DNA of 64,000 bases from Octopus vulgaris (Eukaryota), in assembly GCA_951406725.2 (NCBI GenBank), contig OX597824.1:14818001-14882000 (forward strand), given 5' to 3'. The notes under the pieces are model-generated. The model was not told where the DNA came from. It searched no databases and saw only the letters and a list, made by a program, of their open reading frames with translations. Made by a program: the position numbers and the translations under genes. Positions 11,878-25,078 of the stretch are shown one piece after another. The number at the start of each line of letters is the position of its first letter. Within the stretch, counting starts at the first letter, position 1.

Positions 11878-13301
11878 TGTGCACATATTTTGTATCCTAA
11901 CGTCAACGTCAAGCAGGCGCTTAATGACTGTGTAAGCAATTTGTAAACGACATGTCCCAGTTATTTGTGTCACCAATACTGTCCGATCCAACTCTCATCA
12001 AAATTTTAAAATAGATACTAGTCTTTATTCTGTTATAAACTAATTTACATCACTTTCCTTTATATGGTTCGGAGTCTCAGCTGTTCTGATATCAAATCTC
12101 CCGAGGGTCCATTATTGCATTTCCTTATTCCGGGGTTATTGTTGTTTAGGTCAAAAGAGTTCTATTTTCAATAGTGTTCTATTTTCATTTCATATACAGT
12201 GCATTTAGGACTACATAATCCACTATGTGTCCTTTTTTTTCTAACACGGTAGGATGTGATCTGAAGGTGGTTTTGGCTGCTGTTTCTAGCAGTACGAGCT
12301 ATGCGTAGACTATCTCTCTAGTTTTCTTAATCACCCCCGAAGAATATTTTACGACTGTTAACTCCTTATAAAGTTACTATTTTACTTTTGTCATTAAAAT
12401 TATTAACATGAAGCTATTATTATAATATTATATTATTGTCCACGTGTGGTTTGCTCGTGGGGCTTTTTATGGACAACGAACCTCGACCTGTAAACCTACT
12501 TCATGATCCTACAACTCTATGTGTATATTTATCACCTTAAATTATTTTATTAGTTTAAAATTTGTCTGGGCCTGATAGGAATACTGGACCTTCTACTTGA
12601 GGAATGACAGGTGAAAAAAGGAAAAATATATTTTAAGATTTGGAATACACACACACACACACACACACACAACACAACACATAACACACACATAATACTA
12701 TTATAAAAAGTACTTTGAGAAGGATTATAAAAGAAATAAACAAATACATAACAAAAATTCCCGGGGCTGACACACCTACTCAACATGCAGAAAATAGCAC
12801 TGCTTGTAGGTATAGCACACCTGAAATTCAAATACATGGGATATGTACAAAACAGGCCTCATTTTAAAGATGTTGGTAACAGATTTCATTTGGAACTGCA
12901 CAGAGTTTTCTCCAGTTACCATGATTAAGTTGTTTTTTTCTTTTTTTTTTTTGGAAAATATAGCGAAACCTGTCATGAAATACAATTTGGTAGAAAGAAA
13001 TTGCTTTTCTTTTTTTGTGATTTTTACACCTGTATTTTAAATGGTACTTGATTTGACAAATCAAGTAACACACCAGCATTCACATGTTTTCAGTCTATAA
13101 AGAAACTTGGAAGTATTTAGATTGTTGAAAATTCTCATATTCAGCAAAAATTTTATCTGCAAATGAGATGTAGTCGAAAATCAATTAATTTCACCCTGCT
13201 AATTAATGGGTAAATGAAAATATCTCAAAAATCTGTATGGTCAATTTTGATATGCTGGTTATTTTGATATGTGATTAAGAAAATAAATTAATTATATGAT
13301 T

Positions 13302-13322
13302 AAGAAGCCCGTCGTATATATG

Positions 13323-13357
<35 letters not shown>

Positions 13358-13580
13358 TTGTGTGTCTGTGATTGTCTCCCTAGCATCGCTTGACAACCGA
13401 TGCTGGTGTGTTTATGTCCCCGTTTCTTAGCGGTTTGGCAAAAGAGACCGATAGAATAAGTACTGGGCTTACAAAAGAATAAGTCCCGGGGTCGAGTTGC
13501 TCGATTTAAGGCGGTGCTCCAGCATGGCCGCAGTCAAATGACTGAAACAAGTAAAAGAGTAAAGAGAAAGAGTAGAGTAA
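13302..13580 (+). mobile_element. SINE family A, 5'-truncated
   Basis: 3' half plus tail only. Confidence 0.85.
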
Positions 13581-13898
13581 ATTAGGCAAATTAGGCATAC
13601 TGATTTTTTTTTAAAAACCCCAAAAACAAGCTACTGTATTACATTCTTCAATAAACCTGTTGTTATATGTTTGAATTATATTCCAGGCATAGTAGCAGTT
13701 GATTTTTTTCTCAGCCATTTCCTTGTTTGCTTCTCTCACTGTACTAAAAATCTGAGTACAACAGTAGTGAGCCTGTGCTGAAAACTCAAAATAGCTGCCT
13801 GAGTTCTAAACAGGTAAAAACAAACAAAACAATGTATTCTATGAACAAAATATGCTGGAGGGCTCAAATGAAGCTGTTTTTGAAAACTGAACATATTA

Positions 13899-14293
13899 TC
13901 TCTCTCTATATAAAGCTGAAGTTGTCTGTGTGTGACAGGTTTGGTAGCCTTCAACTAACACTATCTCCTCCGAGACCCTGTGGCACAAGTTGACCAAAAT
14001 TGAGAGTATGATAGAAGAAGGCTTGCTCTTCATTCCGTAGAAGGAAAAAATTCAAATCGGACCATGTTAGCACCAAAAATTATTTACATCAAAAAGGTGC
14101 TTTTTTTTTCTATGAAAATCCCTATTTTTTACGATTTTTTGACTGCTGTGTCGCCATTTTTCGGTGTATTTCAACCAGAAAAATGTTCACTTAAAGAGAA
14201 TAACAAGCTACATAATGCAAAATTTTTACTTTTCAAAAATTCCAATTGTAAAGGGTCGAAACAAACCTGAGCAATGCAGGGCGATACTGCTAG
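13899..14293 (+). mobile_element. Non-autonomous Helitron, second family
   Basis: A|TC...GCGATACTGCTAG|T; related rearranged copy at ~25070-25500. Confidence 0.82.
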
Positions 14294-14492
14294 TCATGGA
14301 TACATGTGTCTTAGCTATAACAGGTGTGAATGGCAATACAGATTCATTGAGTACATTACTCAAAACTATTTCATTTTGCACGAGGGCATTTTTTTTTCTC
14401 CCCAAATCTAGGATTGCTTGCTGATCGGTATGGGTTCTCAATATGGAATTAACGCTTTTTTACAAGCCAAATAAAAAGTAACCAAAATTATG

Positions 14493-14723
14493 ACTCTTTA
14501 CTCTCTTTTTACTCTTTTACTTGTTTCAGTCATTTGACTGTGGCCATGCTGGAGCACCGCCTTTAGTCGAATAAATCGCTCCCAGGACTTATTCTTTGGA
14601 AGCCTAGTACTTATTCTATCAGTCTCTTTTGCCAAACCACTAAGTTACGGGGATGTAAACACACCACCATCGGTTGTCAAGTGATGTTGAGGGACAAAGA
14701 CGCACAAGCATATACACACACAT

Positions 14724-14759
<36 letters not shown>

Positions 14760-14760
14760 T

Positions 14761-14792
<32 letters not shown>

Positions 14793-14812
14793 TACACATA
14801 TATACATATATT

Positions 14813-14844
<32 letters not shown>

Positions 14845-14973
14845 TACACATATATACAGCGGGTTTCTTTCAGTTTTCGTCTACCAAATCCACTCACAAG
14901 GCTTTGGTCAGCTGAGGCTATAGTAGAAGACACTTGACCAGGGTGCCACGCAGTGGGGATGAACCTGGAACCA
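14493..14973 (-). mobile_element. SINE family A copy
   Basis: Reverse complement of family A. Confidence 0.88.
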
Positions 14974-17900
14974 TTGAATTGAAAAAAAATATATATACTT
15001 CTGCATAAACCACTTTCAAAGTTGACTACAATATAAAAAAATTGCACTCTATCCATAGATAAAAGGAGAAAATTTGTACCTACTTAGATTTAATCACAAA
15101 TCATTTTTTTATTTTTTATTCAAAATCTGTTAAGCTTTCCATGCGTTTGTGTCTGGCAGGTTTCTTGAGGGTTATGTCTACAACTAGGAACCACGCTAAT
15201 ATTACTAGGGCTTCCTTTGTTCAAGTCATTCGTTATTACCATTTCATTTCAACATCCACTTTTTCATTCATGCATGGGTGGATAGAATTTATTGAGGCAG
15301 AAACATCTAATGCAAGATGTTTCAGCCTCAATAAATTAAGGGATTAAGGTGGTGAGCTGGCAGAAACGTTAGTAGGCCGGGCGAAATGCTTAGCGGTATT
15401 TCGTCTGCCGCTACGTTCTGAGTTCAAATTCCGCTGAGGTTGACATTATCTTTCATCCTTTCAGGGTCAATAAACTAAGTACCAGTTATGCACTGGGGTC
15501 GATGTAATCAACTTAAGGTTGATATCAAAAGGGTTAAGAATTTACATTATTTACATTATTTACAATTGACGGATATTCGAACTGTAGGGTTAAGAATTGT
15601 TTCTCTATTATATATTTTAACCCTTTTATTACCATATTTCTGCTGGGATGCTCTGTTTCTTTCAATTAATTTTAAATATAACAAAGAATTTAGTAAAATA
15701 ACTTAGTTATCATTAAGCCAGTGTTAGGAACATAAATTGTAACTGAAGTTTAGTGGTAGATTTTAATTCAAAATTTATGGAAACAAGACATTTGTATTAC
15801 AGAGCCAGAAGCAGTTTCAGCCAGATTGGTATCGAAAGAGTTAAAGCTTAAATCCTTTCTGAAGAATTTAAAATTGAAATATTTTTGGATACTATGGAAA
15901 TCTGATGTCTTCATGAGAATGCATCTCAGTTGTCAGAAACTGAATGATGCATTTTGATTTGTCTTGTTTATTAAAGATGGTCACATCAGGCATCAGTATA
16001 AGGAGGTTCTCTGATGTTGTTGTTGCAAGCATGGCTGTGTGGTAAGAAGTCTGTTTCCCAGCTACCTGGTTTTAGGTTCTGTCCCACTGCATGACACCTT
16101 GAGCAAGTGTCTTCTACTATAACCCCAGGCTGACCAAAGCTTTGTGAGTGGATTTGGTAGATGAAAACTGAAAGAGCCTGTTGTATGTATGTATGTATAA
16201 ATACGTGTGTGTGTCAGTGTGTCCCTTTATCTTGATACCAGTTGATAGTTGTAAACAGGTGTGTGGAGGCACATGGCCTAGTGGTTGGAGTAGCGGACTC
16301 GCGGTCGAGGGATCGTGGGTTCGAATCTCAGACCAGACGATGTGTGTGTTTATGAGCAAAATACCTAAGCTCCACGCGGCTCCGGCGGAAGGTAATGGCA
16401 AAACTTTTGCTGACTCTTTCGCCACAACTTTCTCTCACTCTTTCCTCCTGCATCTTGTAGCTCACCTGCAATGGACCGGCGTCCCATCCATGTGGGGAAC
16501 CTATACGCCAAGGAAACCAGGAAACCGGCCCTTATGAGCCAGGCATAGCTCGAGAAGGAACAAACAACAAACAAACAAGGTGTCAATGTCCTCCCTTTGC
16601 AATCTTCTGTGAAAACATGTCTGGTCACGGGGAATAAAATTACCTTGCTTGGAGATAGGTGAAAGTTGGAAACAGGCAGGGCACCAGGCCATAGAAAGTC
16701 CACCTTAACAAATTCTGTCTGATCCATAGAAGCATGGAAAAATAGATGTTAAAGCAGTGATGATGATGGTGTTGGTGGTGTTGGTGGTGGTGGTGGTGGT
16801 GGTGATGATGAGGATGCTGCTGCTGCTTGAATCCCCTCTCTCTCTCTTTCGGAGAGGCACAAGCACCTACACGCACATATACACACACGGCAGTAACTTC
16901 CGCCTGCCGAATTCAATCACAAAGTTTCGGTCGGCTCGGGGCTATAGCAGAAGACACCTACCCAAAGTGCCACGCAGTGGGACTGAACCCGAAACCATGT
17001 AACTAGGAAGCAAGCTCCCTAACCACAAGCCATGTCCCAGTCATCAATATAAAAAAGGTCCTCTAATATTGTTGCTGCATATTCTAAAGACTTGGCAGAA
17101 AGTCTGAGAGAAGATATTCTGGAGCTTGGCAAGATTTAGAAAAATCAATCTTGTTTCTGGAAACAAGATTTTTATAAGAATTTCAATGTTTCTGACTAAA
17201 ATCAATCACCTGCAAACTTGTTTTCTAAATATAGTAATCACCACACAAATATTTTTTTGGCTTTTTGTGGTAATGGAGATTTATTTTTAACACAAAAAAT
17301 AGAACAAACAAAGAAGCTTAATGTGTCAAAGCAGTTTTAGTCTAGTGAACGCTGAGTAATAATTTAATATGAAATAAATATTTCTAGTTTTGTAAACAAG
17401 TTTGCTCAGGCAAAAATGTAGGAAATAAAATTGTATTAAAGTATCAAGACTTAATTTTTCTATAGCAATACACACACACACACACACACACACACATATC
17501 ATCATCATCATCATCATCGTTTAACGTCCGTTTACCATGCTAGCATGGGTTGGACGGTTCGACCGGGGTCTGGGAAGCCAGGAGGCTGCACCAGGCTCCA
17601 GTCTGATCTGGCAGTGTTTCTACAGCTGGGAGTGTAGTGGGTGCTTTTTATGTGCCACCAGCACAGGTGCCAGGCGAGGCTGGCAATGGCCACGATCAGT
17701 TGGTGCTTTTTACGTGCCACCAGCCTGGAGGCCAGTTGAATGTGGCGCTGGCAACGGCCACGTTCGGATGGTTCTTTTACGTACCACCGGCACTGGTATC
17801 ACAACTACAATTTTCCATTGATTTTTGATCGATTTCGATTGCCTCAACAGGTATTCACAAGCAGAGTTTATATATATATCAATGTTTGTTTTTACATTAT

Positions 17901-17986
17901 AATAAAAATAATTTTACATTAAATTGAAAGATTACTCAGTACATTTGGTAGAGTACAAATTTATTATTCTTCAACAAGAATAGTAT

Positions 17987-18035
17987 TGACAGTGACGTTG
18001 AAGTTTCAGCCAGCTAAGCTATCATCAGACTGTCA
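17987..18035 (-). ncRNA. Minimal type I hammerhead ribozyme with canonical core, in a Penelope-like remnant
   Basis: Minus strand reads UGACAGU-CUGAUGA-U-AGCU(UAGCU)GGCU-GAAA-C(UUCAAC)G-UC-ACUGUCA: 7-bp stem I, intact core, GUC cleavage triplet. Confidence 0.8.
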
Positions 18036-18103
18036 TCATCATCATCATCGTTTAACGTCCGTTTTCCGCGCTTGCACGGGTTGGATAATATTATATATAT
18101 ATA

Positions 18104-18412
18104 TCTTTATATATAAAACTGAAGTTGTGTGTGTGTGTGTCTGTCTACTCCGATTTAGATTCCTAACTACCCCCACATTTTGCGGTGCAGTTAAATCACA
18201 AGCGGGTATCTTATAGTCGTGATGCATATCGAGCCCTTCTGGGTATTAGCACACGTCTACAATGAGTCTATGATTTAAAAAAAAAATTTACTATCATTTT
18301 TCCGCATTTTTAATGCATTTTTTGCTCGGTTTATATAAGGGAAGTAACTCTCTAAAATGCTTATATAATTATTTCCGTTACAAACCCGAGCAATGCCGGG
18401 CGATACTGCTAG
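18104..18412 (+). mobile_element. Non-autonomous Helitron
   Basis: A|TC 5' end, CCCG..CGGG subterminal hairpin, CTAG|T 3' end. Confidence 0.85.
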
Positions 18413-18511
18413 TATATATATAAAATATATATATATATATATAAGAATTTTTTGCGTATTGAGATGAAAAAAACCAAGGCTGTGTAGATATTAGAACATT
18501 TCTAGATAGAA

Positions 18512-18566
18512 GGTCTTACAGCTGTTTCCAGGATATTTATTAATTATATCCCTTCATCGGAGATGG
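18512..18566 (-). ncRNA. Degenerate hammerhead ribozyme motif (CCGAUGA core)
   Basis: UCU-CCGAUGA-A-GGGAUAU..AUAUCCUG-GAAA-CAGCUG-UA-AGA; palindromic stem III; one core substitution. Confidence 0.6.
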
Positions 18567-19082
18567 TGTGAGAGGCTGGTTAAGTCATAGTTAGTTTATA
18601 TAGGATACAAAATAGAGAGTGAGGTGGAGGAAAGAAAATAGATGCAAGATATGTAGGGATATTGAAGTTGTAGATCCATGTTTTAGGCAAAATGGTATAT
18701 ATGTAAGATTCCAATACCTTATGAGTAAAGTCCAAAAGTCCAACAGAGTTTGTGTGTTTTAGTTTGGTTGAGTTAGTCTTATGCTGTTCTGAGTTTTGCC
18801 TGTGTACTGACAAGTGAAACTCAGAGTAACAAGAGACTAACTCAATTCCCCCAAAATATTATTAATCCCTACTGTGATGTCATGTACTCTTTTTTTTCTT
18901 CTTGACTATTAACACTAAACATACATGTATGTAGGTATGTCTCTATGTATACATACATACTGTGTGGTCTTGAGTTCTACTTTGTTGTGTGATGCTGTAG
19001 GCAAGTGTCTTCTACTGTAGTCTTGGCCTGACCTGTGCCCTGTGAATGGAAATGATCTGAAGTAATTTAGAAGGCTATGATT

Positions 19083-19418
19083 TCTGGGAGTACATCAGTT
19101 GAACTTTAATGCAATTTAAGTAAATTTTTCCCCACTAAGTTAGTCAGTAGACGCTCTACCAGATCAGATTGGAAAGATTGATGCAAGTAGTGCACAGCCT
19201 GAACATTTGAGGTCCAACACCTGCAGGGACAACATAGGAGCAGAGGTAATCTGGGAGTACATCAGTTGAACTTTAATGCAATTTAAGTAGATTTTTCCCC
19301 ACTAAGTTAGTCAGTAGACGCTCTACCAGATCAGATTGGAAAGATTGATGCAAGTAGTGCATAGCCTGAACACTTGAGGTCCAACACCTGCAGGGACAAC
19401 ATAGGAGCAGAAGTAATC
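19083..19418. repeat. 167-bp tandem duplication (2 copies)
   Basis: CTGGGAGTAC at 19084 and 19251; few mismatches. Confidence 0.95.
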
Positions 19419-19795
19419 AAAGGTCTGATCTGATTGTTCACAAAAATAGTGAACACAACTGAAGGCATATGAAGACCAGATTGGGGTACAAAACCAGGCA
19501 GCATTAGGCCAGTCGGTTCTCACACAGAGAAATAGTTGTTTTAAGGCATGATGTCTATGAAGTTTATTTCTCCAAATCTATGTCAGAGACGACTTTTTTT
19601 GGTTTAAATTTTGTGTATTCCAAAAATTGCTATTTTATTTCTGAAATTATGATTAATTTTGTGAATATGCATGGCTTAGTGATCAAGGTGTTGTACGACA
19701 TCTTAGTTGACTCACTGTCACTAAAATATATCTTCAAACATGTTATTAAAGATTTTTATTTATCATTTTTTTTTCTTGTATTTTACATTATCTAG

Positions 19796-20221
19796 GTATA
19801 TACGGTAGAAGAAGCACTTCCTCATGTGAGTCATCTAGAAGGCATTTTTGCCAAAAATCTTTTCCTGCGAGACAAGAAGAAAAAGCTATGGTTATTTTGT
19901 GCTGCCCATGATGCTGACATCAAGTTGAACGACTTGGCCAAATTAGTAAACGCACCTGGTGGCTTACGCTTTGCTGATGAGTCCATCTTGTTTGACACTC
20001 TTGGTCTGACTCAAGGTTCCGTCACAATCTTTGGTCTTGTGAACGATACTAAACATGATGTTAAAGTCATTTTAGATTCCAACCTACTTGATGGTACATA
20101 CGGTACCATCTATTTCCATCCAATGGTGAACTCTGCAAGCACCGGTATATCATCAAAAGACTTAGAAGTATTTCTAGCGAATACAGGGCATAAACCTATT
20201 GTAATTAATATTCCAAAATAA
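19796..20221 (+). CDS. PRORSD1: Prolyl-tRNA editing protein, exon 2 (VYTVEEALPH...KNLFLRDKK...LRFADE...YFHPMVN...GHKPIVINIPK*); 170 aa total
   Basis: T-rich tract plus tctag acceptor; ProX motifs KNLFL, LRFA, FHP, TGH; AATAAA at 20273. Confidence 0.95.
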   Translation, partial: VYTVEEALPHVSHLEGIFAKNLFLRDKKKKLWLFCAAHDADIKLNDLAKLVNAPGGLRFADESILFDTLGLTQGSVTIFGLVNDTKHDVKVILDSNLLDGTYGTIYFHPMVNSASTGISSKDLEVFLANTGHKPIVINIPK

Positions 20222-21379
20222 AATGAAGTCTTAAGACAGAATTTGTGTTCTTTTTACCAATATGTTTTATAAAATAAACATTTGTAATCTTTATAAATAA
20301 ATTTTTGTGGACAAAATACTATTTTCTTTTTGATTCTTATCAAGAACTTGTGTTTTTAAAGAATTGTGTAAAGTGATGTGGGACATTTATATCTTTCCTG
20401 GGCACTCCTTGTTAAAGAAAAAAATTAAAAATAATAAATTAGAGCTTTAGTTCAATATGCCAGAAAAATTAATGAAAAAAATTTGCATTTGTAACTTTGT
20501 AAAGATCTAAATCAAAGTATGGTTTCTGCTTTGATTTCAAACAAGAAATCACAATAATTGTCTTTCAGTCCTACAGCATGGTATCTTGGGCAAGTGTCTT
20601 CTACTTTAGCCCCAGACTGACCAAAGCTTTGTGAGAGGATTTGGAAGATGGAAACTCAAAAGAAGCTTGTCGTATGTATGGATGTGTGTGTGTAGTTGTA
20701 TCCTTTGCTTCCAATCTCTTGTGAATACATGTCTCTTCTTTCGTCCTTTTCAAGCCTAGCCAGGCTCATGGGCCCGGTTTTCTGGTTTCTGTGGCGTATG
20801 TGCCCCCCACCTCCCAGCTGGACGGGATGCCAGTCCATCGCACCGTTACTCAAAAAACAGGAAGAGAGAGTGAAAGAAAGTTGTGGTGGAAGAGTACAAC
20901 AGGGGTCACCACCACCCCTTGCTGGAGCCTCGTGGAGCTTTTAGGGGTTTTTCACTCAATATACACACATAATGCCTGGTCTGGGAATTGAAACCGCGAT
21001 CCTCTGACCATGAGTCTGCTGCCCTAACCACTGGGCCATTGCGCCTCCGAATACATGTCTGGTCATGGAGAAATAGTCCCTTACTTGGAAACAGGTAAAG
21101 GTTGGTGACAAGAAGGGCATCAGACTATTGAAAATCTGCCTCAATGAATTCTGTCTGACCCATGCAAGTACAGAAAAGTGAACTTTCAAATGATGATGAG
21201 TCAGCTTTTGTGTCACACCTTGTCAATACTGAATGTGTCTCAAGATCAGTGCTGTGTTGTGTCCCTGGGCCATTCCTCAATTTGCAGTATAAGAGACAAG
21301 CGTGAGGCTGTATAGCTGTGGATTCAAAAGGTTCTTAAAGTCAGCTGAGAAGGAATAAACTGACTCTAGTCCATTGGAT

Positions 21380-22653
21380 GTGCAGTGTTAATTTACAAGA
21401 GTGGCTGAGCCAAGTGTAATAAAAAAAAGAATTGTTTGGTGCCATAGGTATTACCTGATATGTATATGCCACACTCTAATGGTGGAGGGAACCTGTGGAA
21501 GAGGTAGACCCAGAAAGACATGGGACGAGGTGGTAAAGGATGGTCTTCAAATGTTGGGCCTCATGGAGGCAATGACAAGTGACGGAGACATTTGGTGATA
21601 TGCTGTGTTTGAGAAGATTAGTCACTGATGTCAGAGTCGCATAACAGGCACATAAAAAGCACCCTTCAAACATTGGGTTGTTGTTGTTAAGCAACAAGAC
21701 AGGTAAGGGTGATTAGGTGATGGTCGAGGGCTTAGGGGTGGGAGACCCCAGACCTTGGGAAAAGAAAAACTTTGGTTGTCTTGTAGTCGAGGGCTCTTCG
21801 TTTACGCCCGACACCACTGGGAGGTGGCCCTCGAAGTCACTGGAAATGGAGATCTCCAGGTCCAAATTCTTGAACAGCTCAAACATTGGGTGATATGCTG
21901 TGCTTGAGAAGACTAGTCAAGGTAAGTAAGATTGTAGTTGTCACTGATGCCAGTGTCACGTAACAGGCACATAAAAAGAAACCTTCAAACATTGGGCAAT
22001 ATGCTGTGCTTAAGAAAACTTGTTAAGCCAAGTGAAATCATAGTCATGGCTGATGCCAGTGCCATCTGACTGGTACCTATGCCAGTGGTCCATAAGAAGT
22101 ACCATTCGAGCATTTAAGGCGGTGAGCTGGCAGAATCATTAGCACACCAAGCGAAATATTTACCGGTATTTCATCTGCCATTATGTTCTGATTTCAAATT
22201 CCGCCGAGGTCGACTTTGCCTTTCATCCTTTCAGGGTCAATTAAATAAGTACCAGTTACTGGGGTCGATGTAATCGACTTAATTCCTTTGCCTGTCCTTG
22301 TTTGTCTCCTCTATGTTCAGCCCCTTGTGGGCAATAAAGAAATAAGAAGTACCATTCGAGTATTGTGCCCTCATGGAGGCAGTGACAGGCGACTGAGACC
22401 TTTGGTGATATTCCGTGCTTGTGTAGAGTTGTCAAGCCAAGTGAGATCATAGACATGCCTGATGCCAGTGCCATGTCAGTGACACCTGTGCCAGTGGTAT
22501 GTAAAAAGCACTCACTACACTCTTGGGGTGGTTGGTATTAAGAAAAGCATCCAGCCGTAGAAACATTGCCAAATCTGATTGAAACCCTAGGCATTTTTTT
22601 CTGTCAAACCATCCAACACATGCCAGCATGGAAAACAGATATTAAATGATGAT
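21380..22653 (+). mobile_element. Decayed RTE LINE 3' end (ORF C-terminus VEGTCGRGRPRKTWDEVVKD) with nested insertions
   Basis: RGRPRKTW is typical of the RTE ORF C-terminus; followed by the same 3' region as the (GAT)n-tailed repeats. Confidence 0.75.
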
Positions 22654-22822
22654 GTATCTGAGGAGTAACTGCCTTGGTTTAGCATGTAACATCTTGATCA
22701 GCTTCCTCGGTATCCAAAACAGAGCTGCATGGATACCTTGATATTACTCACATCATAAGTAAATTTTGAGAAAGTAACAAAACTACAAAAAAAAAAAGCA
22801 AAGAAACAGATAAATAGAAATT

Positions 22823-23032
22823 TCATTGTGAAAATTTATTACGTTCAAATTCATTAAATAATAGAAAATCTTTCAGTGAGTTAGGAATGTGAAGTTTTTT
22901 GATGTTGTCATCTATTGAAACCTTCGAATGTCTCCGAATACTAATGCGACACCATTCTTTCAGCGTTCGTTCAGGAAATAGTAAAGACGTTAACCACGGT
23001 ATCACTTGTTTGTAGCTGTTGCATTTCTGAAT
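22823..23032 (-). CDS. ASB-like gene, last exon encoding the SOCS box (RTLKEWCRISIRR...LHIPNSLKDFLLF); 411 aa total
   Basis: cttttgcag acceptor, phase 0 matches the previous donor; BC box (TLxxxCxxxI) and cullin box (LxIPxxLKxFL). Confidence 0.92.
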   Translation of the reverse strand: MQKCNSYKQVIPWLTSLLFPERTLKEWCRISIRRHSKVSIDDNIKKLHIPNSLKDFLLFNEFERNKFSQ

Positions 23033-23219
23033 CTGCAAAAGAAATGAGAAATTTCCATTGTTAATTTCTGGAAATAAATTACTTTCTAAATTATTATTCA
23101 GAATATGGGCAGACACTTATTCTGAACTCTAAACAATGTGGGTTGATGTCTTCTACTATATGCTCACGTCCACCAAAGTCTTGTGAATGGATACTGTAGA
23201 TGGAAACAGAAAAGAAGCT

Positions 23220-23314
<95 letters not shown>

Positions 23315-23825
23315 GGCACAGGAGGCGCAATGGCCCAGTGGTTAGGGCAGGACTCGCGGTCGTAGGATCGCGGTCGATTCCCAGACCGGCTGTGAGTGTA
23401 TTGAGCGCACCTAAAAGCTCCACGAGTCCGCAGGGATGGTGGTGATCCGCTGTGTGTGTGTGTGTGTGTGTGAATATCCCCGAGAACTACGTTAGTATAT
23501 ATCAGCCATATATTTCACGAGCAGGCTGTTCCGTTGATCGGATCAACCGGAACAAAAAAAAAAAAAAAATATAGGCACAGGAGTGGCTGTGTGGTAAGTA
23601 GCCTGCTTACCAACCATATGGTTCTGGGTTCAGTCCCACTGCGTGGCACCTTGGCCAAGTGTCTTCTACTATAGCCTCGGGCCAACCAAAGCCTTGTGAA
23701 GGGATTTGGTAGATGGAAACTGAAAGAAGCCTATATGTGTGTGTGTATATATGATTGTGTGTCTGTGCTTGTCCAGCATAGCCGCAGTCAAAGAGGCACA
23801 CTAAGTTATAGAGCAGTATATATTA

Positions 23826-24408
23826 AAGTTAGATAAGGTTGGTTTATGGGATTACTTGAGGTTTCACATCCATAAAGGACCTGGCTTTATGGCATATCAT
23901 CAGATCACAAAACCTGTTGGCTAAAGGCCTCTCTAGTAAATGGAGGAGAGAATGAGCTCGTTACTCAATGTCAACAAAGGGGATTGTCTTTCCTTAGCTA
24001 TTGATTGCTAATGTTAACAAAGGGGGTTATGTCCCTTTGGCTATCAATCGCTGGTAGCACTGCTATCTCGTGGGTTCCAATAGGCTAGCAGGAATTTCCT
24101 AAAATGCAAGCACAGTCCAAAGACCTCTGTCCTGGAGTTCAGGATGTTCCCTGGGTTGAGGGAGTCCTATTGGAATCCACGAGATAGCAGGACCACCAGG
24201 ACACAACCCTCTTTGTTGACATCAGCAATTGATAGCCAAGGAAAGACAATACCCTTTGTTAACATTGAGTAGCAAGCTCATTTTCTCCTTCATATTTTAG
24301 AGAGGCCTTTAGCCAACAGGTTTTGGGATCTGATGATATGCCACAAAGCCAGGTCTTTTTAGGACGTGAAACTTCTGGTAATCCCATAAACCAGCCTTAT
24401 CTAACTTT
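23826..24408. repeat. Foldback inverted repeat (arms ~23826-24086 and ~24163-24408)
   Basis: ~250-bp imperfect arms, ~80-bp spacer. Confidence 0.88.
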
Positions 24409-24420
24409 ATATATATATAT

Positions 24421-24457
<37 letters not shown>

Positions 24458-24470
24458 GATAGATAGATTA

Positions 24471-24503
<33 letters not shown>

Positions 24504-24634
24504 GATAGATTAATATGTGTGTATATATATATGCATACATATGTATATGTATGCATACACATATATGCAAGCATATATATGTGTGCATGCACACATACAT
24601 GTAAATGCATGAATATTTACACATACATTTAAAT

Positions 24635-24668
<34 letters not shown>

Positions 24669-24669
<1 letters not shown>

Positions 24670-25035
24670 GGTGCACGTGTGACTGTGTTGTAAGAAGCTT
24701 GATTGCCAACCACATGGTCCAGCATTTATTCCCACTGTGTGACACCTTGGGCAAGTGTCTTCTACTATAGCCTCAGACAAACCAAAGCCTTGTGAGTGGG
24801 TTTGATACAGAAACTGAAAGAAGCCCATTGTATATATGTGTGTGCGTATCTATGTGTCTGTGTTTGTCCCTCACCACCACTTGACAATTGGTATTGGTGT
24901 GTTTACATCCCCATAACTAAGCAGCTCAGCAAATAAGACTGAAAGAATAAGTACCAGGCTTTGAAAAATAAGTCTTGGGGTCAATTTGTTTGACTAGAAC
25001 CCATCAAAATGGTGCCCCAGCATAGCCACAGTCGA
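24669..25035 (+). mobile_element. SINE family A, diverged copy
   Basis: Colinear with family A, more substitutions. Confidence 0.85.
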
Positions 25036-25041
25036 TAAAAG

Positions 25042-25078
<37 letters not shown>

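Noticed and set aside
19083-19418. 167-bp and 166-bp (40676) repeat periods near nucleosome length
   Set aside because: Only two units each and unrelated in sequence; coincidence cannot be excluded.
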